From Candidatus Aminicenantes bacterium (lineage in GTDB: Bacteria; Acidobacteriota; Aminicenantia; Aminicenantales; Aminicenantaceae), in contig JAFGMO010000018.1 of NCBI GenBank assembly GCA_016927475.1, positions 13,373 through 77,372 of the forward strand: 64,000 bases of DNA, written 5' to 3'. The notes below the pieces were generated by a model that did not search any database, was not told the origin of the DNA, and worked only from the letters and a program-made list of their open reading frames with translations. Of this stretch, positions 10,311 through 19,322 are shown in pieces (the stretch's first letter is position 1; every line of letters begins with the position of its first letter). Position numbers and translations under genes: made by a program.

Positions 10311-11594
10311 ATGAAAAGAAGAGTTGTAATAACAGGAATGGATACGATTAATCCTCTTGGAGATACCCTTGAAGAGTATTATAGCAACTTAATTAAGGGA
10401 AAATCAGGGATCAAAAGATGGACCTCTCTTGACCTCAGCAAGGTCGACTGCAAAATCGGCGGTGACCTGGGAGACTATGACTTTAAATCCCGGCTTGAAC
10501 AATTGAGGGGCCAAATAGAGGAAAACCTTCATAAAAAGCTTCGTAAGCTTTTCAGGAACATGACGTTTTCCAACAAAGCCGCTACGTTAACGGCTATCCA
10601 TGCTTTTCTGGACGCCGGTTTGTTTGGTGTCGATATCGATCCGGACAGATTCGGGGTGGTTGTGGGCGGCCACAATTTTAACTCCAACTATGTCCTCAAA
10701 AACATCCACCAGTTTGAAGAAGAGCCGGCTTATATCGAACCCCTGTTTGGTGTCGAGGCCCTCGATCCGAACATTCCGGCCACCATCTCTGAAGTTCTGG
10801 GAGCGCAGGGGCCGACTTTCACCATGGGAGCGGCTTGCTCCAGTGGAAATATTGCTTTGAGAGAGGGTTTCAGGAACATAATCAGCGGCGAATGTGATGT
10901 TATGATCGTGTCGGGAGCGATTTTCGACATGACTTCCTCGGATATCCATGCTATGGCCTATCTTGACACCTTGGCGATTGACGAAAAATACTACGACATG
11001 CCGGAAAAAGCTTCCCGTCCTTTTGACGCCGGACGAAGTGGTTTTGTTCCTTCCCACGGGGCGGGAACGATTATTATCGAGAGTCTCGATTTTGCTCAAG
11101 AAAGGAATGCATCCATTAGGGCCGAAGTGTTGGGGGTTGCAGCTAATGCCAATGCCAACCATCTTCCGGTCCCTTCCGCGGAAACACAGGCACGCTTGAT
11201 ACAAAACCTGCTGCGAAATACTGGAGTGCGGCCCGAAGAAGTGGATTACGTAAACTGTCATGCCACGAGCACGCCTGTCGGCGATACCCTGGAGATCAAG
11301 GCCATCAAACAAGCTTTCGGCAAACATGCTTATGCGTTGAAGCTGAACGCTCCCAAGTCCATGCTGGGGCATGTCTGCTGGTCGGCGCCCATCGTGGAAT
11401 CCATAGGGGGAATTCTTCAGATGGAACATGGGATGCTCCATCCTTCGATTAATATCGACCGGCTGGACCCTGAAGTTGACCTGGATGTTTGCAAAGACGG
11501 GCCGGTCAAGCACCAAATCCGGATGATGCTCAAAAACTCTTTCGGATTCGGGGGGCTGAACTGCTGTTCGCTCATTAAAAGATATGAGGGATAA
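10311..11594 (+). CDS. Beta-ketoacyl synthase (KAS I/II-like thiolase-fold condensing enzyme); candidate KS of a beta-branching cassette
   Basis: RVVITGMDTINPLG N-terminus; active-site Cys in GAACSSGN; His in CHATSTPVGD and MLGHVCW; C-terminal NSFGFGGLN. Confidence 0.75.
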   Translation: MKRRVVITGMDTINPLGDTLEEYYSNLIKGKSGIKRWTSLDLSKVDCKIGGDLGDYDFKSRLEQLRGQIEENLHKKLRKLFRNMTFSNKAATLTAIHAFLDAGLFGVDIDPDRFGVVVGGHNFNSNYVLKNIHQFEEEPAYIEPLFGVEALDPNIPATISEVLGAQGPTFTMGAACSSGNIALREGFRNIISGECDVMIVSGAIFDMTSSDIHAMAYLDTLAIDEKYYDMPEKASRPFDAGRSGFVPSHGAGTIIIESLDFAQERNASIRAEVLGVAANANANHLPVPSAETQARLIQNLLRNTGVRPEEVDYVNCHATSTPVGDTLEIKAIKQAFGKHAYALKLNAPKSMLGHVCWSAPIVESIGGILQMEHGMLHPSINIDRLDPEVDLDVCKDGPVKHQIRMMLKNSFGFGGLNCCSLIKRYEG

Positions 11595-11597
11595 ACC

Positions 11598-12338
11598 ATG
11601 AATGTATTTATAACGGGGGGCTCGCGAGGAATCGGGAGAGCCGTTGTGTTGAAGTTTGTCAAGGAAGGATGGGGCTGTGCTTTCACCTATGCCAGGGATA
11701 AGGAGGCTGCCGAAGAAACCGTAAAGCTGGCTTCCGGGTTAAACGAAAAAGCCGATATCCGTTTCTACCGGCTTGATGTAAAGGAGCCGGAAAGGATTGA
11801 AAGTCTTGCCGACAAGGTCATCGAGGATTACGAAAACATACGGGCGGTGGTCAACAATGCGGCTGTTGTCCGGAATAACGCTGCGGTTTTGATGAGCAAT
11901 GAGGAATGGGAGGAAGTCCTCACAACCAACCTCTCGGGTCCATTTTACGTCATCCGCAGTTTTTTAATGCATTTTGTTTCCAACAAAGCCGGTCGTATCA
12001 TCAATATATCCTCTTTAGCCCAAGACGGCTGTAGCGGGCAGGTTAATTACGCGGCCAGCAAAGCGGGCCTCATCGGTTTGACCCGGACGCTGGCCAAAGA
12101 ATACGGGCCCAAAGGGATCACCTCCAATGTGGTTACGGTCGGTTATGTTCCCACTCGGATGACCGAAGAAAACCTGGCGGCAAACCTCCATGAATTCTGG
12201 ATGAAACACTGCCCGCTGAAAAGAATAGGATCGGCCGAAGATATTGCCAATCTTGTTTATTATCTTTGTTCCGACCAGGGGGGATTCATCAACGGAGAAG
12301 TCATTAGAGTTTCCGGAGGATTGACTTATGCTCCCTGA
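11598..12338 (+). CDS. SDR-family 3-oxoacyl-ACP reductase (FabG-like)
   Basis: TGGSRGIGRAV Rossmann motif; NNAAV; catalytic YAASKAG; 246 aa. Translationally coupled (4-bp gap) to the upstream KS. Confidence 0.75.
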   Translation: MNVFITGGSRGIGRAVVLKFVKEGWGCAFTYARDKEAAEETVKLASGLNEKADIRFYRLDVKEPERIESLADKVIEDYENIRAVVNNAAVVRNNAAVLMSNEEWEEVLTTNLSGPFYVIRSFLMHFVSNKAGRIINISSLAQDGCSGQVNYAASKAGLIGLTRTLAKEYGPKGITSNVVTVGYVPTRMTEENLAANLHEFWMKHCPLKRIGSAEDIANLVYYLCSDQGGFINGEVIRVSGGLTYAP

Positions 12339-12353
12339 AAGAGAGAAGGTTTT

Positions 12354-13580
12354 ATGAAAAAGATAGGAATCGAAAAGATAAACCTGTATGGATGTTCCCT
12401 CTATATGAACCAGTACGACCTTGCTCTGGCCAGGGGGAGAGATCCGGAACGTGTCCTCAAATCGTATCTAATCGAATCGAGGTCTCTGAATCCTCCCTAT
12501 GAAGATACGGTAACCATGGCAGCCAATGCGGCCAAACCGGTTCTAACCGATCAAGATAAGCGGGATATCGGTCTTCTCATTGTCGGTACCGAAGGGGGAG
12601 TCGATTTTGGAAAACCCATCTCGACCAACCTCCACCGTGCTTTGGGGCTTCCGCCGCGGGTGCGGAATTACGAGACAAAACATGCCTGCTATAGTGCCGT
12701 AGCCGCCCTGGATACGGCCCTCAACTGGATCGCCGCCGGTCTCAACCGAGGGAAAAAGGCGCTGGTTATCGCCACGGATTTCAGCCGCAAACATTTCCGC
12801 AAAGACCACGAGTTTGTCCTCGGCGGGGTGGCAGCCGCCGTCCTGGTCAGCGATTCCCCAAGAATCATTTCCTATGAACTGGAAAAAAAGGGATTCTGGA
12901 CCACGGATGTCTACGATACCTTCAGGCCTTCGGCCTTCGACGAGCTGGGGAACAACCAGATCAGCCTATACAGCTATATGGATGCCCTGGAAGGCTCTTA
13001 TTTACACTATGTGGAAAATGTGGGAGATGTGGATTTCGACACTTATTTTAAGAAAAATGTTTACCACATGCCCTTTCCCGGCATGTCGTTTCAGGCCCAC
13101 CGTCTGCTGTGCAACCTAGCCAAGCCCCGGAAAAAATCGGAGGTTGTCGCAAGTTTTAATGAAAAGAACCGTCCCGCTCTGCGCTATTCGCAAAAAGTCG
13201 GCTCAACCTACAGCGGAAGCAATTTTGTCGGATTATGCGGGGTTATTATGGCTTCCGATGACCTTCATCCGGGTGACAGGATCGGTTTTTTCTCCTATGG
13301 ATCCGGGGCTATAGGGGAGTTTTACAGCGGGATCGTTTGCGAAGAAGCAAGGAAAATCATCGAGAATATGGCCCTAGACGACCATCTGGACGCGCGGCGT
13401 AAGGTAACGGTCGAGGAATATGAACAGATTGAGAATTTACGGGAAACATACATCGAGAATCCCAATTTTGTTTCCGACCTTTCCCTCCTTGATAACTGGT
13501 TTGACAGTTACTACAAGGGAAAAGGGCTTCTCTATCTGAAAGAGGTGAAGGATTTTCGAAGGGTCTATGATTGGAGCTGA
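12354..13580 (+). CDS. HMG-CoA synthase family protein (PksG/MvaS-like; beta-branch-installing HMGS)
   Basis: N-terminal IGIEKINLYG...; catalytic Cys in ETKHACYSAVAAL; 408 aa, typical bacterial HMGS length. Confidence 0.75.
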   Translation: MKKIGIEKINLYGCSLYMNQYDLALARGRDPERVLKSYLIESRSLNPPYEDTVTMAANAAKPVLTDQDKRDIGLLIVGTEGGVDFGKPISTNLHRALGLPPRVRNYETKHACYSAVAALDTALNWIAAGLNRGKKALVIATDFSRKHFRKDHEFVLGGVAAAVLVSDSPRIISYELEKKGFWTTDVYDTFRPSAFDELGNNQISLYSYMDALEGSYLHYVENVGDVDFDTYFKKNVYHMPFPGMSFQAHRLLCNLAKPRKKSEVVASFNEKNRPALRYSQKVGSTYSGSNFVGLCGVIMASDDLHPGDRIGFFSYGSGAIGEFYSGIVCEEARKIIENMALDDHLDARRKVTVEEYEQIENLRETYIENPNFVSDLSLLDNWFDSYYKGKGLLYLKEVKDFRRVYDWS

Positions 13581-13583
13581 TAC

Positions 13584-14387
13584 ATGGCTTTTGTGAAGAC
13601 CCGGATTGATTCTTCCCTGGCTCTATTAACCTTGACAGATGGTCGTGAGGGAAACAGGTTGAACCTTGAGCGCCTCGAGGAACTGTCATCTTCTATGGAT
13701 GCGGCTTTCGATGATAAAAACGTGAGGGTGGTTCTTCTGCGTTCGAACGGTCCTGCATTCTGTCTGGGGATGGACCTGGAGCGTCTTATGGCAAACCAGG
13801 CAGAAAAACATCTTGAGGAGGCGGTTTCCCTGTATTCGTCTCTCCTGATCGGCATCATCGAAGCGCCGAAACCGGTTATTGCACTCGTTCAGGGAGACGT
13901 TAAAGCGGGAGGAGTGGGGCTGGCGGCGGCATGTGATATCGTCGTAACCGCAGATGACGCCTCTTTTGAACTTCCGGAAGTTTTCCTGGGGCTTATTCCG
14001 GCCAACGTCCTTCCTTTCCTTCTGCTGCTGCGCATGACGCCTTCTAAAGCCCGCTATGTCACCTTAACCGGAAAAAAACTTCAGGCTGAGGAAGCCCGCT
14101 TATGTGGGTTGGCGGACGAGGTTTTCCCCAGGCAGGATCTGGAAAAAGAGCTTAAAAGCATTATCAAACGGTTGATGCGGGCTTCACCCCAGGCTCTGGC
14201 CCGGATCAAGCGGTTTACAGGCGAAATGATCTCAGAAATGCTGCGGAAAAAATGCGGTGAGGCGCGGAAAGAACTTATAGAGCTGGTTAATGACGAGAAG
14301 GTAGCGGCGGCCATCAAATCTTTTCTGAATGGCGGAACACCGCCCTGGTTTGTAAAATTCAGGCCGGAAAAATCCCTGGTCGAGTGA
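13584..14387 (+). CDS. Enoyl-CoA hydratase/isomerase (crotonase) family, ECH1-like (PksH-like dehydratase)
   Basis: Crotonase-fold motifs: VVLLRSNGPAFCLGMDL, ALVQGDVKAGGVGLAAACDIV. Immediately follows HMGS. Confidence 0.7.
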   Translation: MAFVKTRIDSSLALLTLTDGREGNRLNLERLEELSSSMDAAFDDKNVRVVLLRSNGPAFCLGMDLERLMANQAEKHLEEAVSLYSSLLIGIIEAPKPVIALVQGDVKAGGVGLAAACDIVVTADDASFELPEVFLGLIPANVLPFLLLLRMTPSKARYVTLTGKKLQAEEARLCGLADEVFPRQDLEKELKSIIKRLMRASPQALARIKRFTGEMISEMLRKKCGEARKELIELVNDEKVAAAIKSFLNGGTPPWFVKFRPEKSLVE

Positions 14388-15160
14388 GGTGTCCCATGGG
14401 GGAAAAAATAATCACGCAGGTGGAGAAAAACGGTGTGGCCACCCTGCGCATGAATGATGCGGCAACCAACAACACTTTTACCGATGAGTTTATTTCAGGT
14501 TTTATTCAATGCCTGGAGAGAATCGAAGAAGCCGAACCGAAGGTTTTGATCCTTCAAGGTTTGCCGCAGGTCTTTTGCGCCGGAGCGGAAAAACGAAACC
14601 TTCTCGATTTATGCGAAGGCCGTATTCTTGTTAAGGATCTGCTCATTTCGGAGAAACTTGTTCAGGTTCCCTTTCCAGTGATTGCCGCCATGGAGGGACA
14701 TGCCGTAGGCGGGGGATTCGTCATGGCCATGTGCTGCGATATCGTCCTGGCGGCCCGTGAGAGCCGCTACGGCGTGGTCTTCATGTCCCTTGGTTTTACT
14801 CCGGGTATGGGCTGTACGACCCTCCTTCCAGAGCTTGTAGGTCCTTTCCTGGCCAATGAGATGATGTATACCGGCAAACGTTTCAAGGGGAGGGAACTGG
14901 CTGAAAGATCGACCAACATCAACTACATTCTTCCCAGAAAAGAAATCCTTCCTAAAGCGAAAGAGATCGCGCTGAGAATCAGTGAAATAAACCGAAAATC
15001 CCTCACTATTTTGAAAAACACACTGGCTGCCAGAAAGAAAAAACTGCTGATTGAAGCCCGTCTTCAAGAAGACCTCATGCACAGGATAAGCTTTGCTTAC
15101 CCTGAAACAAAAAAGGCGGTGGAGGAATTATATGCCGGGCAGGAAGAGGAGGAAAAATGA
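14384..15160 (+). CDS. Enoyl-CoA hydratase/isomerase family, ECH2-like (PksI-like decarboxylase)
   Basis: ILQGLPQVFCAGAE, AAMEGHAVGGGFVMAMCCDIVLAA; overlaps the previous gene by 4 bp (operonic coupling). Confidence 0.7.
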   Translation: MRCPMGEKIITQVEKNGVATLRMNDAATNNTFTDEFISGFIQCLERIEEAEPKVLILQGLPQVFCAGAEKRNLLDLCEGRILVKDLLISEKLVQVPFPVIAAMEGHAVGGGFVMAMCCDIVLAARESRYGVVFMSLGFTPGMGCTTLLPELVGPFLANEMMYTGKRFKGRELAERSTNINYILPRKEILPKAKEIALRISEINRKSLTILKNTLAARKKKLLIEARLQEDLMHRISFAYPETKKAVEELYAGQEEEEK

Positions 15161-15984
15161 TCCGGATCGACATGTCGGGCAAGTCGGTGTTGATAACCGG
15201 AGGCACAAAAGGCATTGGATTGGCTGCAGCCCTCGTGTTCGGCCGGGCGGGAGCCAGGACATATCTCACCTATAAATGGGGATCGGACGATTTTACTCCT
15301 CTTTACGATCTTTTCAAAAAAAACAATGCGGCTCCTCCTTTACTTTTTCAGGCCGATGTGGCCATTCCTGAGGATACGGATGCGCTTTTACAGGATGTGA
15401 AAAAGCATGAAAAACGAATCGATATTTTTATAAGCAATGTCGGTGTAGCCCAGAGAGCCCGTTCCTTGAGGGATTACCGGAAACGCTCTCTTTATCGAAC
15501 GCTCGATTACAGCACATGGCCGCTTATTGAGTACACGAAAAAAATCCATGAGGTATTTGATTGTTATCCCCGGCATATCGTCGGTATCTCAAGCGACGGA
15601 CCCGACCATTTTTATTCCGGTTATGACTATGTCGCCGCTTCCAAGGCGCTTTTGGAATTTTTCGCCAAGTACCTGTCTGTTCATCTTTTTGAAGAAGGAA
15701 GCCGTGTCAATATTATCCGTTTCGGACCCGTGAACACGGAATCTTTCTCCCTGGTATTCGGAAAAGAGTTCTTCGATTTCCTCAAAGAACAGGGGGTTCC
15801 CGAGGAGATGTTTATAACGACCGAAAACTGCGGCGAGACCGTTTTTGCCCTATGCAGCGGACTCCTGGATGCTGTAAACGGCCAGATTATTACCGCCGAT
15901 AAGGGCATGAGTTTCCGGGATAACATGATGATGCGTTATTTGAAAGAAAAAGAAAAAAAGAAAAAAATGGAGCGGAATGGGTAA
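15157..15984 (+). CDS. SDR-family reductase, enoyl-ACP reductase-like (FabI/FabL-type Y-x6-K) or ketosphinganine-reductase candidate
   Basis: LITGGTKGIGLAAAL; Y-x6-K spacing in YDYVAASKA as in FabI-type reductases; overlaps the upstream gene by 4 bp. Confidence 0.55.
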   Translation: MIRIDMSGKSVLITGGTKGIGLAAALVFGRAGARTYLTYKWGSDDFTPLYDLFKKNNAAPPLLFQADVAIPEDTDALLQDVKKHEKRIDIFISNVGVAQRARSLRDYRKRSLYRTLDYSTWPLIEYTKKIHEVFDCYPRHIVGISSDGPDHFYSGYDYVAASKALLEFFAKYLSVHLFEEGSRVNIIRFGPVNTESFSLVFGKEFFDFLKEQGVPEEMFITTENCGETVFALCSGLLDAVNGQIITADKGMSFRDNMMMRYLKEKEKKKKMERNG

Positions 15985-16161
15985 ACCCGGAAACCGCCTT
16001 AAGTGTTGATTTATAATCACAATTCAGAGTGCGAACACCCGCTTTTTTAAATAAAAATGTGAATCATCGATATTCCTATTTGCACTTTTTCGCCTAATAT
16101 AATATTATCCCTCTGAAGAGACTCGATTTGTGTCTGTATTATCCTGTGACGGAGGAGATGA

Positions 16162-16404
16162 ATGACTAGAGAGGAAGTTTTCAGCATCATCAAAAAAAAT
16201 ATCTTGGACAATCTTGAAGATATCGAGGAGGACGAGATTGATGGAGGAAAATCGATGAAAGATTATGGGGCGGACAGCCTCGATATTATCGAGGTGGTTT
16301 CCTGCTCCATGCGGGAACTCAAGATAAAAATCCCGAGAGCTGAACTTTCAGATATCAAAACGATAGATGAGTTGACGGATAAATTCATGGAATATATTAA
16401 ATAA
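16162..16404 (+). CDS. acpP: Acyl carrier protein
   Basis: 80 aa; DYGADSLDIIEVV with the phosphopantetheine-attachment Ser in DSL; acidic helix-rich. Confidence 0.8.
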   Translation: MTREEVFSIIKKNILDNLEDIEEDEIDGGKSMKDYGADSLDIIEVVSCSMRELKIKIPRAELSDIKTIDELTDKFMEYIK

Positions 16405-16492
16405 TCCTCTTCCGTGAGTTTTTTACGGATTGAGGGTGAAGAAAGAACCGGTGCGGAGCCTCATTGAGTAGAGGTTAAGTCAGGTTTATCAA

Positions 16493-17755
16493 ATGGATGA
16501 TCCCCTCAAATTCAGCTTGGCGGACTTTTTTTATAACGACAACTCAAGTGTTCTGAAGCCTCCGTCCGATTTTGTCGAATGGATGAGCGATCCCCGCATA
16601 CAAGCTGGATTCAGTTTTTTCGAGCAACAGCTTTTAAAAGCTCCCACCGCGGAAACCGAAATACTGAGCAATCTGGATAACAAGAAACGGCGGGTTATCA
16701 ACCTGACATCCTATAATTATCTTGGTTTATCGTCTCATCCCGAAGTCATTCAAGCCGCCATAGATGGATTGCGAAAATACGGACTGGGAGCTTCAGGTGC
16801 TCCTTTGCTTTCCGGAACCTTTGATCTTCATGTTCAGTTCGCCCGCATGCTGGCCGAATTCAAACAAAAAGAGGACTGCATCCTTTTCTCGAGCGGATTA
16901 GGGGGAAATCTGGGAATCATGCAGGGGATCCTGCGCAAGGGGGATCTTTTGCTCCTGGATGAGAAGGGACATAAGAGCCTTCTGGACGGGGGGAAATTGT
17001 CCGGAGCTAAGGTCCGGATGTTTGAGCACAACAGCGTGGAAGACCTGGCCCGCCTTCTTGATGAAAATAAGGATAAACGCATTCTTGTCGCCGTAGAAGG
17101 GGTTTATTCCATGGATGGAGACCTGGTCAAGCTTCCCGAGATCGTCGAGCTCTGCGAACCTTACGATAATGTGGAACTTCTCATTGATGAAGCCCACTCC
17201 ACCCTGATGTTCGGAGAGAACGGCAGGGGAGTGGCCGAGCATTTCGGCCTGGAAGATAAGATCGGAATTTCCTTCGGCACGCTGTCCAAGTCTTTCGGCG
17301 GGGTCGGGGGCTTTGTCTGTTCCAATGCCGGAATCATCCGTTATCTTAAGGGATACGCTTCCCCGTATAATTTTTCCTGTGCTCCCTCTCCTCCTATTGT
17401 GGCCGGTTTGATAAAAGCCCTGGAGGTAGCCACCAGAGATTCTTCGCTTCGCGATAAGCTATGGGAAAACACGGCTTATTTTAAGAAAAACCTGGATGCG
17501 TTGAACCTGAATATGGGGGCGACCGAATCTCAGGTCATTCCCATTATCATCGGATCTTCCGGGGAACTCCTCTTTGAGATGGCGGCAGAGATTCAGAAGC
17601 GGGGGCTTTTTCTTCAACCGGTCGATTTTCCGGCCGTCCCCGCCCATTCCCGGCGTTTCCGCATCTCCGTCTCTTCTCAGCTTACGAGGGAAAACATCGA
17701 CGAAGCCTGTAATATCATCGAGGATGTCATTGCCCGACGTCTTCGGAAAGTTTAG
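16493..17755 (+). CDS. PLP-dependent alpha-oxoamine synthase (BioF/Kbl/serine-palmitoyltransferase family); candidate Spt
   Basis: NLTSYNYLGLSSHPEVIQAA, SGLGGNLG, PLP-Lys region GTLSKSFGGVGGFV; 420 aa. Directly downstream of the ACP, as in bacterial sphingolipid loci. Confidence 0.8.
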   Translation: MDDPLKFSLADFFYNDNSSVLKPPSDFVEWMSDPRIQAGFSFFEQQLLKAPTAETEILSNLDNKKRRVINLTSYNYLGLSSHPEVIQAAIDGLRKYGLGASGAPLLSGTFDLHVQFARMLAEFKQKEDCILFSSGLGGNLGIMQGILRKGDLLLLDEKGHKSLLDGGKLSGAKVRMFEHNSVEDLARLLDENKDKRILVAVEGVYSMDGDLVKLPEIVELCEPYDNVELLIDEAHSTLMFGENGRGVAEHFGLEDKIGISFGTLSKSFGGVGGFVCSNAGIIRYLKGYASPYNFSCAPSPPIVAGLIKALEVATRDSSLRDKLWENTAYFKKNLDALNLNMGATESQVIPIIIGSSGELLFEMAAEIQKRGLFLQPVDFPAVPAHSRRFRISVSSQLTRENIDEACNIIEDVIARRLRKV

Positions 17756-17761
17756 AGATTA

Positions 17762-18310
17762 TTGGAACCTTTTTCCGACCTTCTTCGTACATTCCGGAAA
17801 AAACCGCTTATTCCTCTGGATCATATAGAGGCGAAATCATCCTTCCATAAACTGGACTGCGGACGCGAGGATATCAAAAAAATTATTCCCCACAGGGAGC
17901 CTTTTTTGCTCATCGATAAACTTCTGGGATTGGACCTGACTCCGGGGGAGGAGGTTATCCTGGGGGTTCGCTTCATTCCGGCTGAAGATCCCGTTTTTAA
18001 AGGTCATTTTCCGGAAGCTCCCCTTTATCCGGGGTCCCTTCAGCTTGAGATGTCCGGGCAACTGGGATTGTGTCTGACGTATTTTGTCGTCAACAAAAGG
18101 AAAACAATAGCCGAAAACGCCGAACCTTTAGCTGTTAGGGCGACAAAGGTTTTGGGTGCTCTTTTTTTGGAACCGGTTCTTCCGGACAGTGAGGTCCTGC
18201 TTCTTTCCAAACGTCTGGACTATGACGGTTATTTTGGAAGGGTGATAAGCCAGGTTTTACGAGAAGGTAAGGTCTGCAGCGTTTCCATTGCCGAAGTTCT
18301 TTTCCTTTAA
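17762..18310 (+). CDS. FabZ/FabA-like hotdog-fold 3-hydroxyacyl-ACP dehydratase
   Basis: HREPFLLIDKLL...VFKGHFPEAPLYPGSLQLEMSGQLG matches the FabZ HFPxxPxxPG...E active-site region. Confidence 0.65.
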   Translation: MEPFSDLLRTFRKKPLIPLDHIEAKSSFHKLDCGREDIKKIIPHREPFLLIDKLLGLDLTPGEEVILGVRFIPAEDPVFKGHFPEAPLYPGSLQLEMSGQLGLCLTYFVVNKRKTIAENAEPLAVRATKVLGALFLEPVLPDSEVLLLSKRLDYDGYFGRVISQVLREGKVCSVSIAEVLFL

Positions 18311-18328
18311 CTTGTGATAATGGGATGA

Positions 18329-19270
18329 TTATAAAGAAGATCCCCTGTCCTCAAGCTTTTCTTGTTCGGGAACGGCTTCCCAGCCGTAGTCGATGTATTC
18401 CCAGTCGAATGTTTGTCCTTTAACCTTAACCAGGACAAAGCCTTCCTCGACACCATGGTAGGGACCGTCCCACCACTCCCCTGATATGGCGCCGCCTGTA
18501 ATAAAAGTGATTCCGGCCGCTGTAATGGCTTCAAGGATATGCAGGTGTCCTTGGAGAACCAGTTTCAGGTTGTGATTCTTGAAAAGGTCGAGAACCTGCT
18601 TTGAATTAACAACGACCAATCCCCTGGGATTGGCTTCCGTGGATCCTTTTCTGATCTGCCTGTCGACGGTAATAAAAGGAATGTGGGTGCTTATAACGAT
18701 GGGAGTTTCCGGCTCGATATTTTGGAGGTCTTCAGCAATCCATTCCAACTGGTCGGTCCCAACCCAACCGATGTACTTACGGTCGTCAGTGGCATCTATG
18801 GAATCAAGCGCCATAAAGTGCCAGTCCTGGTAGTCAAAGGAATAATATCTTTTGCCGATCCTGTTTTCATACATCTTCTTGAAATATTGAGGATGCGAAG
18901 GGTCGACACCGCTGCTTTCGAGTAAGCCGAAAATCTCATGGTTGCCTATTGTGTTCCAGACAGGCATATTGAATCCTTTACTGAGCCGAAGATAGAGATC
19001 GTAGAAGGACATAGCCTGCTCAAAATTCTGTCCTAGAGCGTCACTGATCAGGTCTCCTCCTGTAATGACAAAATCCGGATCAAGTTTGTTGATGAGCGTT
19101 ATGGCTTTTTCGAATCCCTGGGGTGCATTTTTCTCCGGCTGAATATGAATGTCGGTCAGGAAGACGAATGTGAAGTTTTGGTTTTGCCTGTGGCATGAAA
19201 CAACGCCCCACAAAAGCAGAAGGAAAGAGATAAACGCCGTCCACCGCCAAAATCTTTTTTTTCTATTCAT
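18329..19270 (-). CDS. Secreted calcineurin-like metallophosphoesterase
   Basis: Start set at MNRKKRFWRWTAFISFLLLLWG (signal peptide, GGAAGAGG RBS). GD..GNHE..GHLH metallophosphatase motifs: FVFLTDIHI, GGDLISD, GNHEIF, QGHLHILE. Confidence 0.65.
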   Translation of the reverse strand: MNRKKRFWRWTAFISFLLLLWGVVSCHRQNQNFTFVFLTDIHIQPEKNAPQGFEKAITLINKLDPDFVITGGDLISDALGQNFEQAMSFYDLYLRLSKGFNMPVWNTIGNHEIFGLLESSGVDPSHPQYFKKMYENRIGKRYYSFDYQDWHFMALDSIDATDDRKYIGWVGTDQLEWIAEDLQNIEPETPIVISTHIPFITVDRQIRKGSTEANPRGLVVVNSKQVLDLFKNHNLKLVLQGHLHILEAITAAGITFITGGAISGEWWDGPYHGVEEGFVLVKVKGQTFDWEYIDYGWEAVPEQEKLEDRGSSL

Positions 19271-19322
19271 GTTGCCTCTTCCTTTCACATTCATTGAATG
19301 CTGGGAATAGGAGTTTTTTTCC

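Noticed and set aside
10587-11516. 309-aa minus-strand ORF inside the KS gene
   Set aside because: Antisense to a well-supported beta-ketoacyl synthase; no motifs; Arg/Gly-rich shadow composition.
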